64,000 nucleotides of DNA from Bacillota bacterium. GTDB lineage: Bacteria > Bacillota > JAAYKD01. Positions 28,623 through 37,660 of the stretch are shown piece by piece. The position numbers were made by a program, and so were the translations under genes. The stretch spans positions 2,592,001 to 2,656,000 of the forward strand of contig OY762825.2 of the NCBI GenBank assembly GCA_963666425.2, read 5' to 3'. Numbering within the stretch: position 1 is the stretch's first letter; each line of letters begins with the position of its first letter. Below the pieces are notes generated by a model, which was given only the letters and a program-made list of their open reading frames with translations, made no database searches and had not been told where the DNA came from.

Positions 28623-28637
28623 CCTTTGTGCTATACT
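28609..28637 (+). promoter_or_regulatory. SigA promoter of clpP overlapped by a CtsR-like operator
   Basis: TTGACC-N17-TATACT; minus strand reads GGTCAGG-AAA-GGTCAAT, close to the CtsR direct heptad repeat. Confidence 0.65.
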
Positions 28638-28696
28638 ACGGGCATAACGGGTGAGGATGCTTTGCAGCCCGTCAAAAAGAAGCAGGAGGGTTTCAA

Positions 28697-29290
28697 ATGG
28701 AAATACGTAACGATTTAGTGCCGATTGTCATAGAACAATCCAGCCGGGGAGAGCGCTCTTATGATATTTTTTCCCGTATGCTGCGGGACCGTATCGTCTT
28801 CTTAAACGGTGAAGTGAATATGTACAGCGTCAATTTGGTAATTGCACAGCTGCTGTTTTTGGAAGCGGAAGATCCGGAGAAGGAAATTAATCTTTATATC
28901 AATTCTCCCGGTGGCGAAGTTTATTCGGGTTTAGCACTGTATGACACCATGCAGTACTTAAAAGCACCGGTTAATACCATCTGCGTGGGATTGGCTGCCT
29001 CGATGGCAGCGGTGATTTTATCGGCCGGCAAGAAGCGCATGGCTTTGCCGCATTCCCGCATCCTGATTCACCAACCGCTGGGCGGCGCGCAGGGGCAGGC
29101 AGCCGATATCAAGATTCAGGCAGAAGAGATCCTGCGTATCCGCCAGACCTTGAATGAAATTTTAGCCAAACACACCAAGCAGGATATCAAGGAAATCGAA
29201 AATCGAACCGACCGGGATAATTATTTTACAGCGCCGGAAGCGCTGGAATTTGGTCTGATCGACCAGATTTTCGAAAACAAAAATAAGTAA
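28697..29290 (+). CDS. clpP: ATP-dependent Clp protease proteolytic subunit
   Basis: [35 protein letters not shown]. Confidence 0.97.
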   Translation: MEIRNDLVPIVIEQSSRGERSYDIFSRMLRDRIVFLNGEVNMYSVNLVIAQLLFLEAEDPEKEINLYINSPGGEVYSGLALYDTMQYLKAPVNTICVGLAASMAAVILSAGKKRMALPHSRILIHQPLGGAQGQAADIKIQAEEILRIRQTLNEILAKHTKQDIKEIENRTDRDNYFTAPEALEFGLIDQIFENKNK

Positions 29291-29299
29291 GCATGATGC

Positions 29300-29335
29300 G
29301 ACCGCATCCCATTTGTACTGGGATGCGGTCTTTTT
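29300..29335 (+). terminator. Terminator after clpP
   Basis: GACCGCATCCCA/TGGGATGCGGTC + TTTTT. Confidence 0.85.
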
Positions 29336-29418
29336 CGTACAGCGGCTGGAAATAGGAAGGAAAAATTCAAACGCAACACGAAATAATACAGGTATCATGA
29401 TCACAGGGAGGCGTATGT

Positions 29419-30159
29419 ATGAAAGGAATCGGTCAGCAATTTGTCGAGTATACCAAACAAAAGTACAAAACGGAAGATACCGATCAGGTGAAAGGGCTGC
29501 CGCAGCCGGCTCTGACAGACCCAACACCTACAGATTTGCCTTTGATTCAATTACCCAATCCCCATACAGCGGCAGTGCCGAAGGTTGATTTGTTTACGGC
29601 CATCAACAACCGCGTCAGCGTCCGCAAATACAGCAGCGTGCCGTTGACGCTGGATGAATTGTCTTATCTGCTCTGGTGTACGCAAGGAATCAAGCAGGTA
29701 ACTACACGTCCCGCTACCCTGCGCACGGTGCCTTCGGGTGGATCCCGACATGCGTTTGAGACTTATTTACTGATCAATAAAGTGGATGGGCTGCAGCCGG
29801 GACTCTATAAATATGCCGCGCTGGATCATTGCCTGATTCAAATTGAACCGGATGCAGCCTGGAACGCCAAACTCACGGCTGCCTGTATGAATCAAGGTAT
29901 GGTGAAAAATTCGGCAGTCACCTTTTTTTGGATTGCGGTTGCTTACCGAACCTATTGGCGCTATGCGGAACGTGGCTACCGCGATCTGTTTCAGGATATC
30001 GGACATGTCGGACAAAATCTCTATCTGGCTTGCGAAGCAATGCAGGCGGGCTGCTGTGCCATCGGAGCCTTCGATGATGACGTGATCAGCCAATATTTTC
30101 AGCTGGACGGGGTCGAGCGTTTTCCCATTTATGTGGCTACGGTTGGTAAAAAAGAATAG
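29419..30159 (+). CDS. SagB/ThcOx-family FMN oxidoreductase (copy 1)
   Basis: NRVSVRKY, LRTVPSGGSRH, WRYAERGYR, DIGHVGQNLYL, AIGAFDDD. Confidence 0.88.
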   Translation: MKGIGQQFVEYTKQKYKTEDTDQVKGLPQPALTDPTPTDLPLIQLPNPHTAAVPKVDLFTAINNRVSVRKYSSVPLTLDELSYLLWCTQGIKQVTTRPATLRTVPSGGSRHAFETYLLINKVDGLQPGLYKYAALDHCLIQIEPDAAWNAKLTAACMNQGMVKNSAVTFFWIAVAYRTYWRYAERGYRDLFQDIGHVGQNLYLACEAMQAGCCAIGAFDDDVISQYFQLDGVERFPIYVATVGKKE

Positions 30160-30171
30160 GAGGAAATCACG

Positions 30172-30930
30172 ATGCACAAAAGACTGGAAAAATTACATAT
30201 CGGCCCGACTTTTATGGAATATACCAAATATAAATACCAAACAGAACCGACCGATCAAACAAAAATGCTGCCGCAGCCGGAGTTAGCCGATGCAGCACCA
30301 ACAGATAAACCGGTATTTGATTTACCTGATCCCAAATCAGTTGCTGTGAATCGCGTCGATCTGACTGACGCGATCAACAACAGAGTCAGTGTGCGTAAAT
30401 ATGCGAAAAAGCCGCTCACGCTGGCGGAGTTATCCTATCTGCTCTGGACAACCCAAGGCATCAAACAGATCACCAACCGGCCGGCTACCTTGCGCACCGT
30501 TCCTTCCGCCGGTTCGCGCCACTCCTTTGAAACTTATCTTTTGATCAATCGGGTCGAATCGCTGCCGGCCGGCCTTTATCAATATGCAGCGTTGGACCAT
30601 AAACTGATTCAGCTTTCTGTGGCGGAAACTTTGGCCGAGGATCTCACCCAAGTCTGTTCCCGTCAGGGTATGGTCAAAAATTCTGCGGTGACTTTTTTCT
30701 GGGCAGCCGAGATTTACCGTAATGTCTGGCGTTATGCCGAGCGTTCCTTCCGTTATATTCATTTGGATGCCGGACATGTCTGTCAAAATCTTTATTTAGC
30801 TTGTGAAGCGATCGATGCAGGCTGCTGCGCCATCGCCGCCTTTGATGACGATGCCTTGAGCGCCATTTTAGGCATCGACGGCGTCAGCCGGTTCCCCGTT
30901 TACTTGGCAACAGTCGGGAAAAAAGAATAG
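30172..30930 (+). CDS. SagB/ThcOx-family FMN oxidoreductase (copy 2)
   Basis: NRVSVRKY, LRTVPSAGSRH, WRYAERSFRY, DAGHVCQNLYL. Confidence 0.88.
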   Translation: MHKRLEKLHIGPTFMEYTKYKYQTEPTDQTKMLPQPELADAAPTDKPVFDLPDPKSVAVNRVDLTDAINNRVSVRKYAKKPLTLAELSYLLWTTQGIKQITNRPATLRTVPSAGSRHSFETYLLINRVESLPAGLYQYAALDHKLIQLSVAETLAEDLTQVCSRQGMVKNSAVTFFWAAEIYRNVWRYAERSFRYIHLDAGHVCQNLYLACEAIDAGCCAIAAFDDDALSAILGIDGVSRFPVYLATVGKKE

Positions 30931-30949
30931 ACAGCGCAGAAAATTCTAC

Positions 30950-30997
30950 AGAGAATCATCGGCAGCGGCGAAGCAACTGACCGATGATTCTCTTTTT
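30950..30997 (+). terminator. Terminator after the SagB pair
   Basis: AGAGAATCATCGG/CCGATGATTCTCT + TTTT. Confidence 0.8.
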
Positions 30998-31066
30998 AGA
31001 TTTCCCTTGCATTTTTGCTTTTTTTTCTGTACACTAGGTACAGAAAATGCAAGGGAGATGAACCGC

Positions 31067-31906
31067 ATGCGCGAATTAAATGTGGCAGAGATCACGGCAG
31101 CGATTGCCGCTTTATGCATAGAAGCAAATACGGATTTGGGCTGCGATGTGGAAAACGCCATGCAGCAGGCTTTACAGCGTGAAGAGCTGCCGCTGGCCAG
31201 GAGTGTTTTGCAGCGTTTGTTGGAGAATGCAGCCATTGCCCGTCAGGAGAAAATGGCGATTTGCCAGGATACCGGCATGGCGGTAGTTTTTGCCGATCTG
31301 GGCCAGGATCTGCACCTGACCGGCGGTGATTTTGTTACTGCTGTCAATGAAGGGGTCCGGATTGGATATCGGGAAGGCTATCTGCGGAAATCGGTGGCAC
31401 ACCCGCTCAGCCGCAAGAATACAGGTGACAATACGCCGGCGGTCATCCATCTGCGCTTGATTCCCGGCGAGCAGATTAGTTTGACGGTGGCACCCAAAGG
31501 ATTTGGTTCGGAAAACATGGGAGCACTCGCTATGCTGACGCCCGCCGCGGGAATCGCTGGGGTCAAGCAGGTTGTGTTGGATACAGTCAGAAAAGCCGGC
31601 AGCAACCCCTGTCCGCCACTTGTGGTTGGCGTCGGGATTGGCGGTACCATGGAGCAGGTAACCTTGCTGGCCAAACGCGCTTTGCTGCGTGAACTCGGTG
31701 TTTTTCACCCCGAAGCGGAGATTGCTCATTTGGAGCAGGAACTGCTCTCTGAAATCAACCAATTGGGCATTGGGCCGCAGGGCTTTGGCGGTAAAACAAC
31801 GGCACTGCATGTGGCGGTGGAATGGGCACCGACCCATATTGCCGGATTGCCGGTCGCTGTCAATCTCAATTGTCATGTGGCACGGCACCGCACGAGAATT
31901 CTATAA
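31067..31906 (+). CDS. Fe-S hydro-lyase (fumarate hydratase class I) alpha subunit
   Basis: ICQDTG, GYLRKSV, NTGDNTP, KGFGSEN, NPCPP, CHVARH. Confidence 0.9.
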   Translation: MRELNVAEITAAIAALCIEANTDLGCDVENAMQQALQREELPLARSVLQRLLENAAIARQEKMAICQDTGMAVVFADLGQDLHLTGGDFVTAVNEGVRIGYREGYLRKSVAHPLSRKNTGDNTPAVIHLRLIPGEQISLTVAPKGFGSENMGALAMLTPAAGIAGVKQVVLDTVRKAGSNPCPPLVVGVGIGGTMEQVTLLAKRALLRELGVFHPEAEIAHLEQELLSEINQLGIGPQGFGGKTTALHVAVEWAPTHIAGLPVAVNLNCHVARHRTRIL

Positions 31907-31933
31907 TTTTACAATAGAAAGGGTGAATCAGTC

Positions 31934-32458
31934 ATGCAGCGAATCTCATTACCCTTAACCGGTGAGAGTATCCGGACGTTGCGCGCCGGCGATGAAGTTT
32001 TACTAACCGGTTGGCTCTACACCGGACGCGACGCGGCACATCAGCGTCTGTTTTTAGCACTGCAAAACGGCAGCGCTTTGCCGATTGATTTACAGGATCA
32101 GACTATTTATTACGCCGGTCCGGCGCCGACTCCGCCAGGTCATATCATCGGTTCGATCGGTCCGACTACCAGTGGGCGCATGGATCCCTACACGCCGGCC
32201 TTGTTGGCTGCCGGTCTGAAAGGGATGATCGGTAAAGGCAAACGCAGCCAAGCGGTGATCGAGGCGATGCGGAAACATGGCGCTGTTTACTTCGCAGCGT
32301 TGGGCGGAGCCGCGGCTTTGCAGGCGAAAACAGTTAAGCAAGTGGAAGTGGTGGCTTATGAAGATTTGGCGACGGAAGCAATTCGGCGTCTTTTTGTCGA
32401 GGAGATGCCGGTGATTGTGGCAGTGGATGCCACCGGCGCTTCTGTCTATCAGAAATAA
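31934..32458 (+). CDS. Fe-S hydro-lyase (fumarate hydratase class I) beta subunit
   Basis: TGRDAAHQR, GPTTSGRMD, MIGKG, EDLATEAI. Confidence 0.9.
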   Translation: MQRISLPLTGESIRTLRAGDEVLLTGWLYTGRDAAHQRLFLALQNGSALPIDLQDQTIYYAGPAPTPPGHIIGSIGPTTSGRMDPYTPALLAAGLKGMIGKGKRSQAVIEAMRKHGAVYFAALGGAAALQAKTVKQVEVVAYEDLATEAIRRLFVEEMPVIVAVDATGASVYQK

Positions 32459-32487
32459 TTGAAGCATAAAAAGCAAGGTGTATCAAG

Positions 32488-34038
32488 ATGGATGAAAAAC
32501 AGAAGATCGGAGAAGAACTGCTGTTGCTGCTCGCTGTCCTGCCGGAGCCGATTCGGCAGCTGCTGCTGCAGCAGGATCTGGACGATTTGATTGAAATTGT
32601 GATGGATTTAGGCAGACCGCCGGAAGCTAGATTTCCGGAACGGTTCTCCTATCTCGGTGAGGCCTTGGTTTCCCGGGATGATCTGGATTATGTCGTCGGA
32701 CGGGTCGGCAGCTTTGGTGATGACAATCGTGCCGGCATTGAACGCACGCTGCATCGTATTTCTGCCATTCGTAATCGGCAGGGGATCATCGTCGGTCTGA
32801 CCTTGCGGGTGGGCCGCGCCATGTACGGCACGATCAATTCAATTCGTGATGTGGTTGCGCTGGGCAAGAGTATTTTATTGCTCGGGCGTCCCGGTGTGGG
32901 CAAAACGACGATGCTGCGGGAAACAGCCAGAGTCTTAGCGGATGAAATGGAGAAACGGGTGATCGTGGTCGATACTTCCAATGAAATCGCCGGTGATGGT
33001 GATATTCCGCACCCGGGTATCGGACATGCTCGGCGGATGCAGGTACCGCAGGTGTCGCGTCAGCATGCTGTGATGATTGAAGCGGTGGAGAATCATATGC
33101 CGGAAGTCGTCGTGATTGACGAAATCAGTACCGAGCAGGAAGCCGCTGCCGCCAGAACGATTGCGGAACGTGGCGTACAGTTACTGGCCACTGCGCACGG
33201 TATCACTCTGCAGAATTTGATCCAGAACCCAACGCTTTCCGATTTGATTGGCGGTATCCAGACGGTGACGCTGAGTGATGAGGAAGCCCGCCGACGCGGT
33301 ACGCAAAAATCCGTCCTGGAGCGGAAAGAAGCACCGACTTTTGAGTTGCTGATTGAATTACAGAGCCGTGATCGTCTGTTGATTCATTTTGATGTGGCTG
33401 CTACGGTGGATTTATTGCTGCGCGGTCATCAGCCAACCCCGGAGATTAGAGCCAGGCAAGGGGATGGCCAGTGGCAGACAGAACAGCTGAGCGATGTGCA
33501 GGAAAAAAAAGAGGATCTGGCTGTCCTGGATCACGGCAGCAATATGGAGAAGGTAGCGCGTTTCGTCAATGTCATCAGCCTTTACCCTTACGCAGTCAAT
33601 CGTAATTTGGTGGAAAAGGCAATCCGGAATTATCGTTTACCCATTCAGATCAACCGTGGTTTGGATGGCAGTGATGTTTTTTTGACTTTGAAGTCCCAAC
33701 TGCGGCGTTTGCCGGAGAAACTTTTAGAAGCGCAGCAAAACGGCATCCCGGTGATTACGGTCCGGGCGAATACAACGGCTCAAATCGAGATTGCTCTGCG
33801 CGAATTGGTGCGCAGTAAACCGCAGCACGAGGAGCTTCCCCATCTCGAGGGTTGGCAGGATCCTCTGGAAGAAGCGGAAATGGCAATTGAACAAGTAATA
33901 GAAAGTCAAAAATCGGTGGAATTACAACCTCAGGATGCCTATAATCGCCGTTTGCAGCATGAATTGGCGGAGCAATATCGCTTGCGTTCACGTTCGATCG
34001 GAGAAGAACCCAGCCGCAGGGTGATTATCTATATTTAA
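32488..34038 (+). CDS. Ycf45/SpoIIIAA-like AAA ATPase with C-terminal R3H domain
   Basis: [48 protein letters not shown]; RRLQH...[10 protein letters not shown]. Confidence 0.88.
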   Translation: MDEKQKIGEELLLLLAVLPEPIRQLLLQQDLDDLIEIVMDLGRPPEARFPERFSYLGEALVSRDDLDYVVGRVGSFGDDNRAGIERTLHRISAIRNRQGIIVGLTLRVGRAMYGTINSIRDVVALGKSILLLGRPGVGKTTMLRETARVLADEMEKRVIVVDTSNEIAGDGDIPHPGIGHARRMQVPQVSRQHAVMIEAVENHMPEVVVIDEISTEQEAAAARTIAERGVQLLATAHGITLQNLIQNPTLSDLIGGIQTVTLSDEEARRRGTQKSVLERKEAPTFELLIELQSRDRLLIHFDVAATVDLLLRGHQPTPEIRARQGDGQWQTEQLSDVQEKKEDLAVLDHGSNMEKVARFVNVISLYPYAVNRNLVEKAIRNYRLPIQINRGLDGSDVFLTLKSQLRRLPEKLLEAQQNGIPVITVRANTTAQIEIALRELVRSKPQHEELPHLEGWQDPLEEAEMAIEQVIESQKSVELQPQDAYNRRLQHELAEQYRLRSRSIGEEPSRRVIIYI

Positions 34039-34042
34039 TCTC

Positions 34043-34071
34043 TTGACGTTTACAAGTCCCGCATGTATAAT
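34043..34071 (+). promoter_or_regulatory. SigA promoter of the darA-holB operon
   Basis: TTGACG-N17-TATAAT. Confidence 0.75.
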
Positions 34072-34116
34072 AATAGCAAGAACTCCTGTGAGAGTGGAGA
34101 AAATGGAGGGATTTCT

Positions 34117-34446
34117 ATGAAAATGGTGATTGCTGTGATTCAGGATCAGGATGCCCACAATGCAGCCGATGCTTTGGTTGCCGGTGGCTTTCGATCTACT
34201 CGCCTCTCCAGTACTGGTGGATTCTTAAGAGCCGGAAATACAACCCTGTTAATTGGTGTTGAAGATAAACAAGTGGAAGAAGTCTGCCAAATTATCCGCA
34301 ACGAATGTGAAGCGCGTACTCAAATTGTTAACCCGATTACACCGATGGCATCCACGATCGAATCCTTTTCTACTTTCCCGGTAGAAGTAGTGGTTGGCGG
34401 AGCGATTATCTTTGTGATTGATATCGAACGTTTTGAGCGTGCATGA
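34117..34446 (+). CDS. darA: Cyclic-di-AMP receptor, PII-like (DarA/PstA)
   Basis: MKMVIAVIQDQDA, TRLSSTGGFLRAGNTTLLIGV, VGGAIIFV. Confidence 0.93.
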   Translation: MKMVIAVIQDQDAHNAADALVAGGFRSTRLSSTGGFLRAGNTTLLIGVEDKQVEEVCQIIRNECEARTQIVNPITPMASTIESFSTFPVEVVVGGAIIFVIDIERFERA

Positions 34447-34814
34447 AACGAAGCGCTCAAAAGATAAAAATAAGTCTGCCGCTCGTTGATCCGGCTGCCT
34501 GGCTGCAGCAAATTGAGGCATGCGGCGAACGCTTGCTTTTACAATCTGATTTGCTTGATTGGCGGGTTTTTCAACGATCTGTGCGGGACTTTGCCCTTTG
34601 GGCTGCGATAGCAGAACCGGAAGAACCGGATGACGAAGAAGCACCGCTGCGTTATAGTGATCCCTTGGCTCCCGTACTACAGAGAAATATTGATAGACTC
34701 CTAACGCGTTTGCAAACACAGGTAAAAAGATCTGCACCGGATCACGGTCAGATGGCGGAATTGATTGATGAAATACAGCATTTACTGCGAGAGATTTATA
34801 GTTTCAAGCAATAG
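34443..34814 (+). CDS. YaaR/DUF327-like protein (divergent)
   Basis: Between darA and holB; IEACGERL..., IDEIQHLLREIY resembles the YaaR C-terminus. Confidence 0.55.
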   Translation: MKRSAQKIKISLPLVDPAAWLQQIEACGERLLLQSDLLDWRVFQRSVRDFALWAAIAEPEEPDDEEAPLRYSDPLAPVLQRNIDRLLTRLQTQVKRSAPDHGQMAELIDEIQHLLREIYSFKQ

Positions 34815-34944
34815 ACGTCGCTCATCTGTCATCGTCTGGTATGTGCAGCGCCATCTGTTGGCGGGCGTTTCGCAGGTGTGAAAGAAAACATCTGTTCAAA
34901 CGCGACGGCGACAGGTGGTGCTTTTTATTGAGGTGGTGGAAAAT

Positions 34945-35946
34945 ATGTGGAGTGATGCTGTTTTCGGTCAGGATTATGCGGTTACACTCTTAAGTCATGC
35001 GATGGAACAGCAAAGATTAGCCCAGAGCTATCTTTTTTATGGCCCGGAAGGGGTCGGTAAACGTACTGCGGCACTGTGTCTAGCCATGGCGATAAATTGC
35101 CTGAGCCAAGAGGGGCTGGGCTGCGGTCATTGTGTTTCCTGCCGTAAGCTGCAGAAGGGCAGTCATCCCGATTGGCTGATGCTGCAGCCGCTGGAAGGCA
35201 AGAGCGGCATCGGTATTGAACAAATTCGTCAGCTGCAGCCACTGATGGCGCACAGACCGTATGAGGGACGCCGCAGAGTGATTGTAATCGATCCCATCGA
35301 TAAGTTGGAAGTACCGGCCGCCAATGCGCTGCTCAAGCTGTTGGAGGAGCCGGCAGCCGACAATTTGCTGATTTTGATTTCGCATCAACCTGAAAGTATC
35401 CTGCCAACCATTCGGTCACGCTGTCAGATGATTCGTTTCCTGCCGCTTTCGGAAGCAGTGATCAGACAGGTTTTACGTCAGGAGCACCCCGGTCTCGTGA
35501 TACCGGAGCTGGCCGTGAGAATGGCGCAGGGCAGTGTCGGTAAGGCAGCAGCCTGGCTTGAGGATGATCAGCTTGCCATAGAATGGGAAAAATCGGTGCA
35601 GTGGTTTTTTGAGGAACCCAACTGGAGCGTATCCATGCGTTTGGCTTGGGTAGCAGAGCGGGAAAAAGAAAAATGGGAACGGATCCATTGGCAAATTTTC
35701 TGGCAGTCATGGCAGGATTTGCTGCGGGATCGTTTGATTTTAAGCGGAGGGGGTTCGCCCGCCACCTTAATCAATCCGCAGCTGCAGCAGCAGCTCGTCG
35801 GGATGAAACCGCTTTCGTCAGTACAATTAGTCTTGCGAATTGAGCAAATCAGTCTTCTGCTGCAGCAAATGCAGGTGCGAGTTACCGCCCTGGCTGCTTC
35901 AGAATCGCTGTTAATAGATTGGAGAAGTGAAGAAAAATGCCCATAG
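34945..35946 (+). CDS. holB: DNA polymerase III delta prime subunit
   Basis: YLFYGPEGVGK, CGHCVSC, HPDW, ANALLKLLEEP, LPTIRSRCQ. Confidence 0.93.
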   Translation: MWSDAVFGQDYAVTLLSHAMEQQRLAQSYLFYGPEGVGKRTAALCLAMAINCLSQEGLGCGHCVSCRKLQKGSHPDWLMLQPLEGKSGIGIEQIRQLQPLMAHRPYEGRRRVIVIDPIDKLEVPAANALLKLLEEPAADNLLILISHQPESILPTIRSRCQMIRFLPLSEAVIRQVLRQEHPGLVIPELAVRMAQGSVGKAAAWLEDDQLAIEWEKSVQWFFEEPNWSVSMRLAWVAEREKEKWERIHWQIFWQSWQDLLRDRLILSGGGSPATLINPQLQQQLVGMKPLSSVQLVLRIEQISLLLQQMQVRVTALAASESLLIDWRSEEKCP

Positions 35947-36827
35947 TGGTTGGTGTGCGCTTCAAAAGCGCCGGTAAAATTTACTATTTTGATCCCTTGG
36001 AGATGGTTTTCTCTGCGGGAGATAGTGTGATTGTGGAAACTGCTCGCGGGGTGGAAATGGGTGAGATTGTTTTGGAACGCCGCAGTGTGGAAGAAAATCA
36101 GGCGGTGCTGCCTTTGAAACCAATCATTCGCAAAGCCAGCGAACACGATCTGCAGCAATGGCGTGATCTGCGCGAAGAAGAAAAAAATGCCCTGCGGATC
36201 TGTCAGGAAAAAGTGAAAGCGCACGGCTTGGAAATGAAACTGGTCGATGTAGAATATACCTTTGACCGCGGTAAACTGACTTTCTATTTTACGGCGGACG
36301 GGCGGGTGGATTTCAGGGAATTGGTACGCGATTTAGCGTCCATTTTCCATACCAGAATTGAATTGCGTCAGATCGGCGTGCGGGATGAGGCCAAAGCCAT
36401 GGGTGGCTTGGGTACTTGCGGACGCTCGATTTGCTGTGCGACTTTTTTGGGTGATTTTGTCCCGGTTTCCATTCGTATGGCGAAAGAACAGAATATCTCG
36501 CTGAATCCGGCTAAAATTTCCGGAATCTGCGGCAGACTGCTCTGCTGTTTGAAATACGAGTCGGAAGGCTATGGCATGGGTGGTTTGGAAGTACCGGAAG
36601 TCGGCAGTAAAGTCGGAACCACCATGGGAGAAGGGATCGTTAGCCATATTCGTACCAACAAGGGAGTTGTCCGAGTCAAATTGACGGAAACCAATCAGGA
36701 AAGCGAATTTTCCTTGGATGAAATCGTCCTGATTGAAAAGAACAGCGGCTGTAATTGCAGTCAATGCGATCAATGTAAAAAAGCGCCGGAAGAAGAGCCG
36801 CAGGGGAACAAAGGGAGCAAGCAATAA
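35937..36827 (+). CDS. yaaT: PSP1-domain protein YaaT/RicT
   Basis: GKIYYFDP, FTADGRVDFRELV, RIELRQIGVRDEA, KISGICGRLLCCLKYE. Confidence 0.95.
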   Translation: MPIVVGVRFKSAGKIYYFDPLEMVFSAGDSVIVETARGVEMGEIVLERRSVEENQAVLPLKPIIRKASEHDLQQWRDLREEEKNALRICQEKVKAHGLEMKLVDVEYTFDRGKLTFYFTADGRVDFRELVRDLASIFHTRIELRQIGVRDEAKAMGGLGTCGRSICCATFLGDFVPVSIRMAKEQNISLNPAKISGICGRLLCCLKYESEGYGMGGLEVPEVGSKVGTTMGEGIVSHIRTNKGVVRVKLTETNQESEFSLDEIVLIEKNSGCNCSQCDQCKKAPEEEPQGNKGSKQ

Positions 36828-37612
36828 TGCCGGAGCAATCTCTGCCCTTGTTGCTGCCGGGAGAGCGCCTGGATCAGTTGAACCGGACCGGGCTTCGCAT
36901 CATCCAACATCCGGGACGGTTCTGTTTTGGCATGGATGCCGTGCTGCTGGCGAGTCTGGCCACGGTCAAGCCGGGAGAATTCGTTTGCGATTTCGGAACT
37001 GGCAGCGGTGTGATTCCTCTCTTGTTATGCAGTCGGATGGCGGATCTCAGGATCACAGGCCTGGAAATTCAAAGCGATATGGCGGAAATGGCCAATCGAT
37101 CGGTTTGCTGCAATTCACTGCAGGATCGTATCACCATTTTGCAGGCTGATTTTTGTGCAGCTGCCGCCGTCACGGGCAAACGGAAATTCGATTTGGTGAT
37201 CAGCAATCCTCCCTATAAAGCGTTAAAAGACGGCTTGCTCAATCCCGCACGTGCGCAGGCGATTGCGCGTCATGAGATATACGGCGGCATGGATGATCTC
37301 CTGCAGTCGGCGGCTGCTGTATTGAAGCCGCTGGGACGTCTGGCTCTGATCTATCGGCCCCAACGTTTAGTGGCTTTGCTGAGTGGGATGGCCGCCGTTG
37401 GGATTGAACCGAAGCGATTGCGCCTGATTCAATCTCAACTCGATAAAAAACCAAATCTGGTTTTTGTCGAAGGTGTTTTGCAGGGAAAACCGGAGCTGAT
37501 CGTGGAACCGACCCTGATGATTTACGGAGAAGACGGAACCTATACCAAGGAAATATTGCAGTGTTATGCAATGAGCGAACAGGAGGAAACCTTTTCTGCT
37601 GATCGTGTCTAG
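36827..37612 (+). CDS. tRNA1(Val) A37 N6-methyltransferase (YabB/TrmN6)
   Basis: FGMDAVLLA, DFGTGSG, SNPPY, AIARHE. Confidence 0.9.
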   Translation: MPEQSLPLLLPGERLDQLNRTGLRIIQHPGRFCFGMDAVLLASLATVKPGEFVCDFGTGSGVIPLLLCSRMADLRITGLEIQSDMAEMANRSVCCNSLQDRITILQADFCAAAAVTGKRKFDLVISNPPYKALKDGLLNPARAQAIARHEIYGGMDDLLQSAAAVLKPLGRLALIYRPQRLVALLSGMAAVGIEPKRLRLIQSQLDKKPNLVFVEGVLQGKPELIVEPTLMIYGEDGTYTKEILQCYAMSEQEETFSADRV

Positions 37613-37660
37613 ATACGCTGGTAACCAGGAATGAAATGAATCAGAGGAGAAACTTAAAAA

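Noticed and set aside
29419-30930. SagB pair as a RiPP (azole peptide) cluster
   Set aside because: No YcaO, precursor peptide or exporter; unit bounded by terminators.
32488-34038. Annotation as sporulation gene spoIIIAA
   Set aside because: Has an R3H extension and no spoIIIAB-AH downstream; fits Ycf45-like proteins.
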